This document shows positions 28,419 to 39,340 of a stretch of DNA of 64,000 nucleotides, in pieces; the stretch's first letter is position 1, and every line of letters starts with the position of its first letter. Below the pieces are notes generated by a model that saw only the letters and a program-made list of their open reading frames with translations, was not told the origin of the DNA and did no database searches. Source of the DNA: an uncultured Defluviitaleaceae bacterium (lineage in GTDB: Bacteria; Bacillota; Clostridia; Lachnospirales; WRBF01); contig CAYXWM010000005.1 of assembly GCA_964468805.1 (NCBI GenBank), positions 8,520-72,519 on the forward strand, given 5' to 3'. The translations under genes and the position numbers were made by a program.

Positions 28419-28443
28419 AAAAAAAGTAACCCATATGGGTTAC
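28419..28443 (-). terminator. Intrinsic terminator after accA
   Basis: GTAACCCA-TA-TGGGTTAC is followed on the minus strand by T7. Confidence 0.8.
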
Positions 28444-28469
28444 GTAGAATTAAGATTTATAACCGTAAA

Positions 28470-29294
28470 TTATTCAACTTCCGGCTCTTCAAAAGCACCG
28501 AATTTTCTGAATCTCTCATAGCGTTCGGCAAGGAGAGTATCTGTGTCTTTTAAGGATAATTTTTTAATTTCCGAAATTAGGTTTCGTTTTATATCATCCA
28601 CAACTTGTTTGAAGCCTTGAGCTTGCTCAATGTCTACGCCGTCTTCCGGCTCCGCAATAATTTTGTCTATGACTTCCATTTTTTTAAGGTCGGTTGCGGT
28701 TAATTTCATAAGTTGAGCGGCTTTGTCTGCCTTGGAGGCATCTTTCCAGAGTATGGAGGCATAGCCTTCCGGAGAAAGTATCGAATAGGTAGAGTTCTGC
28801 AACATCCATACCTTATCAGCAACACAAAGAGCCAAAGCACCGCCGCTTCCGGCTTCACCGATTATAATAGAAACAACAGGCACTTTTAACAGAGACATTT
28901 CATACAAATTATTGGCTATTGCCGCTCCCTGTCCTCTTTCTTCGGCTTCAATGCCGCAAAAGGCACCGGGTGTATTGATAAAATTAACAATGGGTCTGCC
29001 GAATTTTTCCGCCTGTTTCATCAGACGCAGAGCCTTACGATAGCCTTCGGGATGAGGTTGACCGAAATTTCTGCTTATATTTTCTTGTAAATCGTGACCT
29101 TTTTGTATACCTATGACCGTTACGGGCATTCCCACTAAGCTGGCTATGCCTCCAATAACCGCCGCATCGTCTTTATAATACCTGTCTCCGTAAAATTGTA
29201 CGAAATTTTTAAATATTCCGTTTATAAATTCCAAAGCCGTTGGTCTGGAAGGTTTACGGGATAGGTTTACTATATTCATTACTTGAGTACTCAT
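28470..29294 (-). CDS. accA: Acetyl-CoA carboxylase carboxyltransferase alpha subunit
   Basis: Motifs [18 protein letters not shown] and [10 protein letters not shown] are present. Confidence 0.9.
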   Translation of the reverse strand: MSTQVMNIVNLSRKPSRPTALEFINGIFKNFVQFYGDRYYKDDAAVIGGIASLVGMPVTVIGIQKGHDLQENISRNFGQPHPEGYRKALRLMKQAEKFGRPIVNFINTPGAFCGIEAEERGQGAAIANNLYEMSLLKVPVVSIIIGEAGSGGALALCVADKVWMLQNSTYSILSPEGYASILWKDASKADKAAQLMKLTATDLKKMEVIDKIIAEPEDGVDIEQAQGFKQVVDDIKRNLISEIKKLSLKDTDTLLAERYERFRKFGAFEEPEVE

Positions 29295-29356
29295 ATGAAT
29301 CAGTCCTTATATGTCTTAAAAGAACCTCTTTCAAAGTCTTTATGATTAAATTATCA

Positions 29357-30250
29357 TTAATTATTGTCTGTTTGGTTTTCTTGTTGCTCTTTGGGTAAAT
29401 CTCTTTTTTGGTGCAGTTTTAAAATAGTGGCTAATGTAGATTTAATATTTTGCCTTTGGACTATTCTGTCTATAAAACCGTGTTGCAAAAGATGCTCCGC
29501 TTTTTGAAATTCGTCCGGCAGGGTTTGTCTTATAGTTTGCTCTATAACACGTCGTCCGGTAAATCCTATTAAAGCTCCCGGCTCGGCAAGAATAATATCT
29601 GCCAGCATGGCAAAACTGGCCGTAACACCGCCGGTTGTGGGATCTGTAAGGAAAGCAACGTATAAAAGCCCTGCTTCGCTGTGTTTTGCAACAGCTTGAG
29701 AGATTTTTGCCATTTGCATAAGGGAAATAATACCTTCTTGCATTCTGGCACCGCCCGAGGCACAAAAGACTACCACAGGAAACTTTTTCTCAGTTGCGTA
29801 TTCAAAAGCCCGGGTTATTTTTTCGCCCACTACGGAACCCATGCTTCCCATAATAAAATGCGAATCCATCACGCACATTACGCATTCTGAACCGTTTATG
29901 GTACAGGTGCCGGTTACCACGGCTTCTTTCAAACCGGTTTTTTGGGAAAGTGCTTCGATTTTTTCGAGATATTGCGGATAATCCAAGGGATTTTTCGGTA
30001 TCATATTTTTGTTCATTTCAGCGAAGCTGTCCGGGTCGGTTATCAGACTGATACGCTCCGGTGCAGTCAAGCGAAAGCATCCCTTGCAATGAGGGCAAAT
30101 TTTATATTGGGTTAAATCTTTGGAATATACCGTTTTGCCGCATAAACCACATTTTACCCAAAGCCCATCGGGTATAACGGGTACGCGACCTTCAGGTGGC
30201 TTGTTTATGGGTACATATTTACGTTTTCCAAAAAGGTTCAAATGTACCAC
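29357..30250 (-). CDS. accD: Acetyl-CoA carboxylase carboxyltransferase beta subunit
   Basis: An N-terminal zinc ribbon CGLCGK...CPHC is followed by the carboxyltransferase domain (SGGARMQEG). Confidence 0.9.
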   Translation of the reverse strand: MVHLNLFGKRKYVPINKPPEGRVPVIPDGLWVKCGLCGKTVYSKDLTQYKICPHCKGCFRLTAPERISLITDPDSFAEMNKNMIPKNPLDYPQYLEKIEALSQKTGLKEAVVTGTCTINGSECVMCVMDSHFIMGSMGSVVGEKITRAFEYATEKKFPVVVFCASGGARMQEGIISLMQMAKISQAVAKHSEAGLLYVAFLTDPTTGGVTASFAMLADIILAEPGALIGFTGRRVIEQTIRQTLPDEFQKAEHLLQHGFIDRIVQRQNIKSTLATILKLHQKRDLPKEQQENQTDNN

Positions 30251-30341
30251 CCTTCTGTATATACTTGGTTGTCGGCAATAACTGAAAACGCCGATAATAT
30301 TTTATAACTGCTTTAAAGCCCGGTTAAGGTTTTAATATTAC

Positions 30342-31703
30342 TTAATTATTGGTTGCTTTACTTTCAAGCATTCTTTGCAAAAATGAAGTATCCACTTTTC
30401 CGCTTATAAAGTTCTTATTGCCCAGCAAGTCAAGCTGGAAATCCACATTGGTGCTGACACCTTCAATAACCAATTCGGACAAGGCTCTTTTCATTTTGCT
30501 GATTGCTTCTTGTCTGGTACTGCCGTGGGCAATAATTTTGGCTATCATGGAATCGTAGTAAGGAGGAATAGTGTATCCGGCAAACATAGCTGAATCCACT
30601 CTCAATCCCAATCCACCGGCAGGCAAGAACAAATAATTAACCGTACCCGGCGAAGGAGCGAAGTCCAAATCGGGATTTTCTGCATTTATACGGCATTCTA
30701 TAGCGTGTCCGGAAATTTTTACGTCGCTTTGCTTAACGGACAAAGGCATTCCTGCGGCTATACGAATTTGTTCCTTTATAATGTCTATGCCGGTAACCAT
30801 TTCGGTAACGGGATGTTCTACCTGTACTCGGGTATTCATCTCCATAAAATAGAAATTGTCGTTCTTATCATATAAAAATTCTATGGTTCCGGCGTTTTGA
30901 TATTGAGCCGCCTTAGCCGCAGCAATGGCTATTTGACCCAACTCTTGACGCTTTTTGTTGGAAATGACTACAGACGGTGCTTCCTCAAGTATCTTTTGGT
31001 TGCGTCGTTGTAAAGAGCAGTCTCGTTCACCCAGGTGAATAATATTGCCTTGTGAATCTCCCAAAATTTGAACTTCTATATGACGAGCGTTTTCTATTAC
31101 CTTTTCGAGATAAATTCCGTCGTCTCCAAAGGCGGTTTTGGCTTCGGTTTTAGCGGCATGGTACATTTGCACCAGTTGTTCGTAATCTCTTGCTATACGA
31201 ATACCTCTGCCGCCGCCGCCTGCCGTAGCTTTCAGCATAACAGGGTAACCCAGCTTTTCTGCCTCTTCCTTTGCTTCTTCTATGGAAAAAATAAGCCCTT
31301 CGGAACCGGGAATTACCGGAACGTTTGCACTTTTCATTAATTTTCTGGCGTTTGCCTTGTCGCCCATTAAGTCTATGGTTTCGGGTTTGGGACCTATAAA
31401 GGTAATGTTACATTCGTTGCACATAGTGGCAAAGGTAGCATTTTCAGCCAAAAAACCAAAGCCGGGATGCAAGGCTTGAGCCTTGGTAACACAGGCGGCA
31501 CAAATAATGTTTTGCATATTAAGGTAGCTGTCCTGCGGTTTGTTTCCTCCGATACAAATAGCTTCATCGGCAAGCTGGGTATGTAACGCACCTCTGTCTA
31601 CTTCCGAAAAAACCGCAACCGTGCCTATGTCCAATTCTTTACACGCACGTATTATTCTTACGGCAATTTCGCCGCGGTTTGCAATCAATATTTTGTTAAA
31701 CAT
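30342..31703 (-). CDS. accC: Biotin carboxylase
   Basis: ILIANRGEIAVRIIRA, GYPVMLKATAGGGGRGIR and EMNTRVQVEHPVTE are present. Confidence 0.95.
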   Translation of the reverse strand: MFNKILIANRGEIAVRIIRACKELDIGTVAVFSEVDRGALHTQLADEAICIGGNKPQDSYLNMQNIICAACVTKAQALHPGFGFLAENATFATMCNECNITFIGPKPETIDLMGDKANARKLMKSANVPVIPGSEGLIFSIEEAKEEAEKLGYPVMLKATAGGGGRGIRIARDYEQLVQMYHAAKTEAKTAFGDDGIYLEKVIENARHIEVQILGDSQGNIIHLGERDCSLQRRNQKILEEAPSVVISNKKRQELGQIAIAAAKAAQYQNAGTIEFLYDKNDNFYFMEMNTRVQVEHPVTEMVTGIDIIKEQIRIAAGMPLSVKQSDVKISGHAIECRINAENPDLDFAPSPGTVNYLFLPAGGLGLRVDSAMFAGYTIPPYYDSMIAKIIAHGSTRQEAISKMKRALSELVIEGVSTNVDFQLDLLGNKNFISGKVDTSFLQRMLESKATNN

Positions 31704-31750
31704 ACATTCACCTACCGTAGGATTTTCAAGTTTCCAAAAATCCGCTCAAA

Positions 31751-32170
31751 TTAGCCTATCATAAATGTAATGGTTGCTTCGGCTACTTTTTTTCCGTTTA
31801 CTGTGGCTATACCTTTGCCAACTCCGGCAACTTTTTTAAGCTTAATTATCTCTATTTCCAGTTGCAAAACGTCACCGGGCACAACTTTATCCCTAAACTT
31901 AACGTCGTCTATTGCACCAAAATAAGCCGTTTTTCCTTTATAGTCAGGATGAGAAAGCACGGCACAGGCTCCGGTTTGGGCTAAGGCTTCGATAATCAAT
32001 ACGCCCGGCATTACCGGTTCGTCCGGAAAGTGACCTTGAAAAAAGTTTTCGTTATAAGTAACGTTCTTTTGAGCAACGGCTTTTTTCAAAGGGTCTAACC
32101 GGATAATTTTATCAATCAACAAAAAAGGGTATCTGTGAGGAATGATTTCCTTAATCTCTTGTATATTCAT
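31751..32170 (-). CDS. fabZ: 3-hydroxyacyl-ACP dehydratase FabZ
   Basis: [12 protein letters not shown] is present. AAGGTG lies 6 nt upstream of the second ATG (32170). Confidence 0.9.
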   Translation of the reverse strand: MNIQEIKEIIPHRYPFLLIDKIIRLDPLKKAVAQKNVTYNENFFQGHFPDEPVMPGVLIIEALAQTGACAVLSHPDYKGKTAYFGAIDDVKFRDKVVPGDVLQLEIEIIKLKKVAGVGKGIATVNGKKVAEATITFMIG

Positions 32171-32321
32171 TATTTCACCTTGTATTTTCATTTTTTCTTG
32201 ATGAAAGGTAGATTCCGTTCATTGTATCGTATAGTATTTTTGCTTGGTTGTCAACTTTTTTTGATATGTTTGGGTCATAGGACGGGTATGGGTGACAGAA
32301 GTTTGCGTAGAAATTCATATT

Positions 32322-32424
32322 AATACTGATTCAATTTTAAATAGAGGACAAAATAATTGATTTTTTCCGACGGTTCAAGGAAAAACAATTATTTTTGTCC
32401 TTCATCTTATATGGATTTAGTATA
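32322..32424. repeat. R1 family, full copy (about 103 bp)
   Basis: The same core and termini are present (ATACTGATTCA...GGATTTAGTATA). It lies between the Pro-rich gene stop and the fabZ promoter. Confidence 0.8.
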
Positions 32425-32521
32425 GGAAAAGTTCTTGGAGAAGTGACACACAAAGAACATTTTTTTAGAACATAAAAAAGGATAACGCTATTAACGTTAC
32501 CCCTCTGAATATATTGCAGAA

Positions 32522-33184
32522 TCAGCAAACGAAGCTTTCGATTAAATCCAAATCAAAGCCGATAAAGCTCCATCCGTAACGGGACCATCTGTAGCCGGAA
32601 ACGGATTTTCTGCCTACAAATGTGGGATAGAACCAGAAAGAGCGTCCGTTTGTCAGCCATACATATGTGTAGCTGTAAAGACAAGGTCTTATTCCGCCGG
32701 GATCAACGGCACGAAGTGATGCTCTCTTTTCGGGAATTTGACTGGGTGGTGCTTGGGTCGGTTTTCTGTTGCCGGGTTGAGGAGGAAAAGCACCACCGGG
32801 TTCCGGAGGGAAAAATCCGCCCGGTTGAGGAGGAAACATTTCTCCCGGTCTTGGCGGTCTGCCCGGCGGAATTTCATTTTCGGGATAACCGCCGGGACGT
32901 CCGGAGAAAGGAGGCCGGTTATCTACGCCGGGACGAAATACGTCGCCTCCTTCTCCCGGAGGAAAAGTAGGTGGTCTTCCTCCTCCTTCGGGACGGTTTG
33001 AAGGCGGAAACAGAAATTGAGCCGCTTCCAAATCGGGTTCATGATAATGACCGTGATTTTGAGAATTACGGTCTAAAAAATACTCGTCTTGCTCATATTG
33101 TTCCGGACTGTAATGCTCGTGGGATTGTGCCGTTACATCCTGTTGCTCGTTGTTGCGTATATAATTGGACTTGTTCGGGAACAT
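32522..33184 (-). CDS. Pro/Gly-rich low-complexity protein with conserved aromatic, Cys-bounded C-terminal domain (function unknown)
   Basis: AGGAG lies 8 nt upstream of ATG 33184. The centre has FPP(Q/E)PGG-type repeats. The C-terminal ~55 aa reads CLYSYTYVWLTNGRSFWFYPTFVGRKSVSGYRWSRYGWSFIGFDLDLIESFVC. Confidence 0.55.
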   Translation of the reverse strand: MFPNKSNYIRNNEQQDVTAQSHEHYSPEQYEQDEYFLDRNSQNHGHYHEPDLEAAQFLFPPSNRPEGGGRPPTFPPGEGGDVFRPGVDNRPPFSGRPGGYPENEIPPGRPPRPGEMFPPQPGGFFPPEPGGAFPPQPGNRKPTQAPPSQIPEKRASLRAVDPGGIRPCLYSYTYVWLTNGRSFWFYPTFVGRKSVSGYRWSRYGWSFIGFDLDLIESFVC

Positions 33185-33252
33185 CAAACCACTCCTATGC
33201 ATAATTTTCTATATTTATACTATGCATAAAACAGGTTATGGGAACCGAAAAA

Positions 33253-34125
33253 TTACTCGCTCTTACCAAAGGCAAGGGAAATAATAAACCCTACTCCACA
33301 GGCTAAAGCTCCCGCAATCATGGGCATAGTATCCAAGCCGCATTTGTATGTAATCGGGCTGTTGAATATACCGTATACGGAGCCTAAAATTAAACCAAGT
33401 ATTGCGAAATAGGTTTGAGTTTGATATTTGTCCAGGAATATTCTTATGAGTTTGGTTACTATTATTATTCCTATGATTACCCCTATACCCAAAGGTATTA
33501 GAACGCCTGCGATTTCCAACAACTTAGCCATATCCTTTGGATTAAGAAGATATGATTTTATTTGTGCTATAGAGTGAATAACCATGGGATAAAGCCCCAG
33601 CAACATTAATATGAAAGAACCGCTGATTCCCGGTATTACCATTGCTGCCGATGCAATAATACCGGCAAAAAACAGCATAATATACATAGACGGTTCCGGC
33701 TTAAAATCGGAAATTACTTCGGTTTGATTGCCCGAGGACAAAAGAACAACAGCTCCAAACGCTACCAACGCCACCAACACATAACGCAATCTTATGGCAT
33801 TGGCATTGGTTTTACTGTATATTAATGGCACAGAGCCTAAGACCAAGCCCACAAAAAACATAGAGGTGGGAAAAGAATAGTTATTAAGACTGTATTCAAT
33901 AGCGGAACTCAGCAAAACTATCCCAAATCCTGCCCCGGCGAATACCGATAATAAAAAGAAGAAATGTTTTTTAAAGTCTTTGAAAATTCCGTTAACAGCT
34001 TCCAGCAGTCGCTCAAAAATTCCCAACACCACTGCTATGGTTCCGCCGCTTACTCCCGGAATAATATTGGCAATTCCTATAAATATCCCCTTAAAAAAGT
34101 TAATAATAAATAATTTCATATCCAA
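33253..34125 (-). CDS. DUF368-family integral membrane protein (polyprenyl-phosphate transporter-like)
   Basis: The duplicated motif PGVSGGT / PGISGSF sits in a polytopic protein, as is typical of DUF368. Confidence 0.7.
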   Translation of the reverse strand: MDMKLFIINFFKGIFIGIANIIPGVSGGTIAVVLGIFERLLEAVNGIFKDFKKHFFFLLSVFAGAGFGIVLLSSAIEYSLNNYSFPTSMFFVGLVLGSVPLIYSKTNANAIRLRYVLVALVAFGAVVLLSSGNQTEVISDFKPEPSMYIMLFFAGIIASAAMVIPGISGSFILMLLGLYPMVIHSIAQIKSYLLNPKDMAKLLEIAGVLIPLGIGVIIGIIIVTKLIRIFLDKYQTQTYFAILGLILGSVYGIFNSPITYKCGLDTMPMIAGALACGVGFIISLAFGKSE

Positions 34126-34504
34126 CTCCCTTTGTTTGATTGTGAAAAATAAACCTAGACAAAATTTACAAAATATTATCCTTTGGGAATTATATCAAAA
34201 TATTCTGATTTTGAATATATTTATTTTATTATCGAAAGTTTTGTGGTATACTAACTTTATTCCTTTTGACAAATTCTGCAACACTATTTTAATTCCATGT
34301 GACTATAATTGCAATTAAAATATGTTGTGAGTTTGCCCATTTGTTGACCCTGAAATTGAATTAAAAGAGTTTTTCGACAGTTTATACCAATCCATACAAA
34401 AAGCGTATGTAAATACATATTACTTTAATTTGATTGGTATGAGATATTTTGTCTCGGTCAAAATCTTTATAAAACAAGAGCAATCGGGGAACAAATATTT
34501 ATAA

Positions 34505-35536
<1,032 letters not shown>

Positions 35537-35560
35537 TCATTATTTACAGATATACAACAA

Positions 35561-35597
35561 AAAGCTTCCGAGATAATTCGGAAGCTTTTTGTTTTTC
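35561..35597 (+). terminator. Intrinsic terminator after gap
   Basis: AAAGCTTCCG-AGATAATT-CGGAAGCTTT is followed by TTGTTTTT. Confidence 0.85.
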
Positions 35598-35617
35598 TGA
35601 TATAAAAAAGAAACAAT

Positions 35618-35756
35618 TATACTTAATTGCATAAGGAATAGTAACAAAAGCTATTCTTCGTAAACGGTTCGCTCTTGTGTTTTTTATAAAAAAACACCGG
35701 TCGCTCACCACTACGAATATACGCTTTTGTTACTGCTTTACTCGAAATTAAGTATA
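35618..35756 (-). repeat. R2 family, full copy (139 bp), inverted relative to 6026-6162
   Basis: This is sequence identity read by eye. It lies between the gap terminator and the stop of the GGDEF/EAL gene. Confidence 0.85.
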
Positions 35757-35772
35757 ATAATTTAACACAGAC

Positions 35773-38043
35773 TTAATAAAATTCCCTACCCATATGTTTT
35801 TCAAGCATTTTTGTAAATTCTTCGGCCGGCATGGGTTTGGCATAATAATACCCCTGAACGGTTTCGCAACCCAGCTCCCTAAGAAGGTCTATATGCTCCT
35901 GATCCTCAACACCTTCGGCTACTGTGTGTATGTTTAACTTTTTGGTCATATCAATTATTGTTTCAATTACCGCTCTGGAACGATGTTGGTCAGATGCATC
36001 CACAAAGAAACTTCGGTCTATTTTAATTACGTCTACCGGAAGATTTTTTAGCAAACCAAGTGAAGAATATCCTATACCAAAGTCATCCATAGACAATGTA
36101 AATCCCGCGTTGTGTAACTCATACAATACATCTTTCAGAATTTCAAAGTTTTCGAAGATAGCAGTTTCCGTTAATTCTACTTCTATGGTATTTCTGGGAA
36201 TGTTATACCTATCTAAGGTTGAGCATATTTTATCTATAAAATCTTTATTGTTAATATGCAATCTGGAGAAATTTACGGAAACCGTTACGGGCGTGATGCC
36301 GCTGTCTATCCATTCTCTTATAACTATACAAGCCTTATTAAGCATGTACATATCAAGCTTTGTTATAAATCCGTTTCTTTCGAAAATAGGAATAAAGGTG
36401 CCGGGATAGACCATGTCTATATGCTCCTTTTTCCAACGAACCAACGCTTCAGCACCCACTATTTTTTCGTCTGTCAGTCTGTACTTGGGTTGGAGATAAA
36501 GAATAAACTCCTCTCTCTCTAAGGCTATTTCCATTTTATCTTCTATTTCTTTTTGTTCTATAGCCTTAATCCTCATTTGACTGTCATAATCGTAGGTTTT
36601 TTTCTTGCCGCTTACCTTTGCCATTCTGTGGGCGAAGTTAACCTTTTCAAAAATTGCGGAAATGTCAGTCTCGCCGGGCTCGATTTCATATCGTCCGGTT
36701 GGGAAAACGATACCGTGCCTTAAATTTTCACCCATCAGTTCATAGAATGCTTTTTTAAATCTGCTGCGTAGTCTGGAAATTTCCGATGAGTCTCTCAAGC
36801 GAAAGAGTATTACAAATTCATCAGCACCGATTCTTGCAAACGCTTCAGTTTCCCTATCGGTTATTTTATCTATTGCCCTAGCAACATTAATTAAGATTCT
36901 GTCCCCTTCGGCAAAGCCGTGCATGTCGTTTAGCAATCTAAAGTTCTCAACATCCAGTTTAACAATCGAGTATCTTGAGTCCTCGTATTCCTCCAGCAGT
37001 CTTTGAGCATCCATTTTAAATTTACTGAAATTTCGTGCCCCGGTAAGGTCGTCTATATAAGCCATACGTTCAAGTTCGTTAATATAAGATACTTGCATTT
37101 TTAAAGACTTTTTTTGAATGGAGAATATATAAAGTATAAACAGCACAAAGCAAATAATTATTGCAGTAGCCAGATAGCCCGTTTTTCCGGTTATTTGAGC
37201 TGCACTTGAACCGACTACATCCTCCGGAACAGCAATGAAGATATACCAATTGTTTATTCCCACGGGAGAATAATGAGCTATTCTGGTTTCACCCTGAATT
37301 ATATATTCTGAACTTCCGGATTTATTTTCCTCCATATTAGCAAAAATAGCAGATAGTTCATCTCCGGAGTAAAATTTTGCTTTTTCCCATGATTTAAAAA
37401 GATTATCCGAACGAGTTACCATATAATCGTTGGTTGTTCGTGAAATTATTTCGCCGTTAGAAGTTACTATAAATGCGTAACCTTTACCTTCAAAGGATGG
37501 CAAGAGAAGTTTGTTTAAGTTGGATATATTGTAAGAGCCAATAATTACCGCTGATATTTTGTCGCCTTTAATTATAGGAGTGGCAAGGTGGATAACCTTG
37601 GAATCGTTTATGTCTGACTTCATAGGTTCGGACAGGACAGTTTCACCGTTTAAAGCATCCTTGAAAAAGTCATATCGTGAAAGATCTACTATATCACCTG
37701 TGCTTGCCAAGCCTCTGCCTTTAAGATCGGTTATGGTAATATACTCAAAGTTTGAGTTTTTCTGCAATTCATGAAGTAGTATTATCAGCTCCGGGTTGGT
37801 TCTGCTTTGTTTGGAGAGATTGATTGCAATAGCCCTAATCATAGTCATTTCGGCATTGATTTCCGACGAAAAATTATAGCTTTGCTGCTGAAGTATTTCT
37901 TGCATGGTCTTTGATGTTGCTTGGGACAGATCGGATTTTAAGATTTCGTTGTATGTATAAAGCCCAAAAGCCGTAAAAGTAATAATAATTACAAAAACAG
38001 CCGCAAATTTAAGGGTTTTATTTCTCATTATCGGAAAACTCAT
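35773..38043 (-). CDS. Membrane-bound Cache sensor / GGDEF (GADEF variant) / EAL c-di-GMP signalling protein
   Basis: The architecture is TM, ~260-aa extracytoplasmic domain, TM. The GGDEF domain carries RIGADEF. The EAL domain carries EALVRW, DDFGIGYSS, KIDRSF and EGVE. Confidence 0.9.
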   Translation of the reverse strand: MSFPIMRNKTLKFAAVFVIIITFTAFGLYTYNEILKSDLSQATSKTMQEILQQQSYNFSSEINAEMTMIRAIAINLSKQSRTNPELIILLHELQKNSNFEYITITDLKGRGLASTGDIVDLSRYDFFKDALNGETVLSEPMKSDINDSKVIHLATPIIKGDKISAVIIGSYNISNLNKLLLPSFEGKGYAFIVTSNGEIISRTTNDYMVTRSDNLFKSWEKAKFYSGDELSAIFANMEENKSGSSEYIIQGETRIAHYSPVGINNWYIFIAVPEDVVGSSAAQITGKTGYLATAIIICFVLFILYIFSIQKKSLKMQVSYINELERMAYIDDLTGARNFSKFKMDAQRLLEEYEDSRYSIVKLDVENFRLLNDMHGFAEGDRILINVARAIDKITDRETEAFARIGADEFVILFRLRDSSEISRLRSRFKKAFYELMGENLRHGIVFPTGRYEIEPGETDISAIFEKVNFAHRMAKVSGKKKTYDYDSQMRIKAIEQKEIEDKMEIALEREEFILYLQPKYRLTDEKIVGAEALVRWKKEHIDMVYPGTFIPIFERNGFITKLDMYMLNKACIVIREWIDSGITPVTVSVNFSRLHINNKDFIDKICSTLDRYNIPRNTIEVELTETAIFENFEILKDVLYELHNAGFTLSMDDFGIGYSSLGLLKNLPVDVIKIDRSFFVDASDQHRSRAVIETIIDMTKKLNIHTVAEGVEDQEHIDLLRELGCETVQGYYYAKPMPAEEFTKMLEKHMGREFY

Positions 38044-38320
38044 ATATTTTCCCTTCCCGGTTATTAAACCGAAATCCTTTTCAATTTTTACCGGTTATTA
38101 TTGTAACATTTTAAAGCCGGATTTTCAATAAGGTAAAACTCGAGCAGTAGGTTTACCATAATATTATTATGTGAACTATTCAGTGTATTTCTATGTACTA
38201 TTATAATTATATTTTATAAAATTTATATTCAATATTATTTTAAGAAAAAATAGTAATAAAAAACTGTTGTATATTGTGTTTTGAATTCTTACTTAAATAA
38301 GTGAACGGTAGGGTTAAGAC

Positions 38321-38358
38321 TAAAAAAGCGAAGAACGCAGGTATTGCGCTTCTTCGCT
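38321..38358 (-). terminator. Intrinsic terminator after the LytTR/ABC operon
   Basis: The stem AGCGAAGAA...TTCTTCGCT carries a T6 run on the minus strand. Confidence 0.75.
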
Positions 38359-38482
38359 TTTGCTTGTGTATGAAATTGATTTTCTTAATATTTCTTATGT
38401 ATTGAGATAAGCTGAAAAATCTTGCAAAACAATAATTTAAAGAAGTTTTCCTAAACAGTTTCCTTATAATCTACGTTTTCAA

Positions 38483-39340
38483 TCATCTGCTTTTTCTTGA
38501 AATATTCAAAAGTGAAAGGCTATAAAACAAAACCGCTGTGCCTATTAAAATTGTAATACTGACAACCGGGGTTATCTCAGACCCGCCAAAGCTGAATGTC
38601 ACGCCCATATACTCCTTAAAATCATTAAGGTAATTTGCCGGTATTCCGTCAAATGAAGACTGCATGGGTGCTTCCATCAATACTTGCCTAAATAATGAAG
38701 CCGCATGAGATACGGGAAATACTTTGATAACCGTTTGCACCGCTTCAGGTAAAGCTCCTATTGGAAGATAAATGCCGGTTAAAAAACCGATTAAAGTGCC
38801 AATAATGGTGGTCGCTGTGCTAAAGGCGCTATGGCTCTTGAAAAATGAAACGATAAAGCAAACCAAGGAAGTATTTGTCATGGTAGTAAAAAGCACCAAC
38901 AAGAAAACCTTTATTCCGTCGCTAATACTTAGCCAATTGCCGCCACTGCATACTATGTAAAACTCAGCGATTATAACGGTTATAAGAGACATAATCACGC
39001 CAATTAAAAATGCACTTCCGATATATCCGCCCGTTATGGAGCTTCTTTTGATAGGCGAAGCATTAAAGTCCTTGTAAATCTTTTTCACCTTATCATCGAT
39101 CATAACGCCAAACGCACCCATGGTTGTAGTTACCGAAGTTACGGCGAGAAGCCCTGCAACAAGCCAGCTATTCATCAAAATTTCGGGGTTTTCAATACCT
39201 TTCATGTCTTCAGTCAGCCATACATCCCCCAAAAACACGGTATAAAGCGCGATAATAATAAAAATGGCAAGAAGTGAAAAGAATACTGCGGTTTTGTCAC
39301 GAAAGAATAATTTCAAATTACGTATCATAAAAACTTTCAT
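38483..39340 (-). CDS. ABC-2 type exporter permease
   Basis: It has six predicted TM helices. It overlaps the ATPase stop by 4 nt. Confidence 0.75.
   Translation of the reverse strand: MKVFMIRNLKLFFRDKTAVFFSLLAIFIIIALYTVFLGDVWLTEDMKGIENPEILMNSWLVAGLLAVTSVTTTMGAFGVMIDDKVKKIYKDFNASPIKRSSITGGYIGSAFLIGVIMSLITVIIAEFYIVCSGGNWLSISDGIKVFLLVLFTTMTNTSLVCFIVSFFKSHSAFSTATTIIGTLIGFLTGIYLPIGALPEAVQTVIKVFPVSHAASLFRQVLMEAPMQSSFDGIPANYLNDFKEYMGVTFSFGGSEITPVVSITILIGTAVLFYSLSLLNISRKSR

Noticed and set aside
32620-33001. Plus-strand ORFs of 116 and 87 aa, and a minus-strand alternative-frame 62-aa ORF, within the Pro-rich gene.
   Set aside because: They are produced by the CCN/GGN-biased repeat composition, which keeps several frames open. 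Only the 32522-33184 minus frame has an RBS and a non-repetitive conserved-looking C-terminus.
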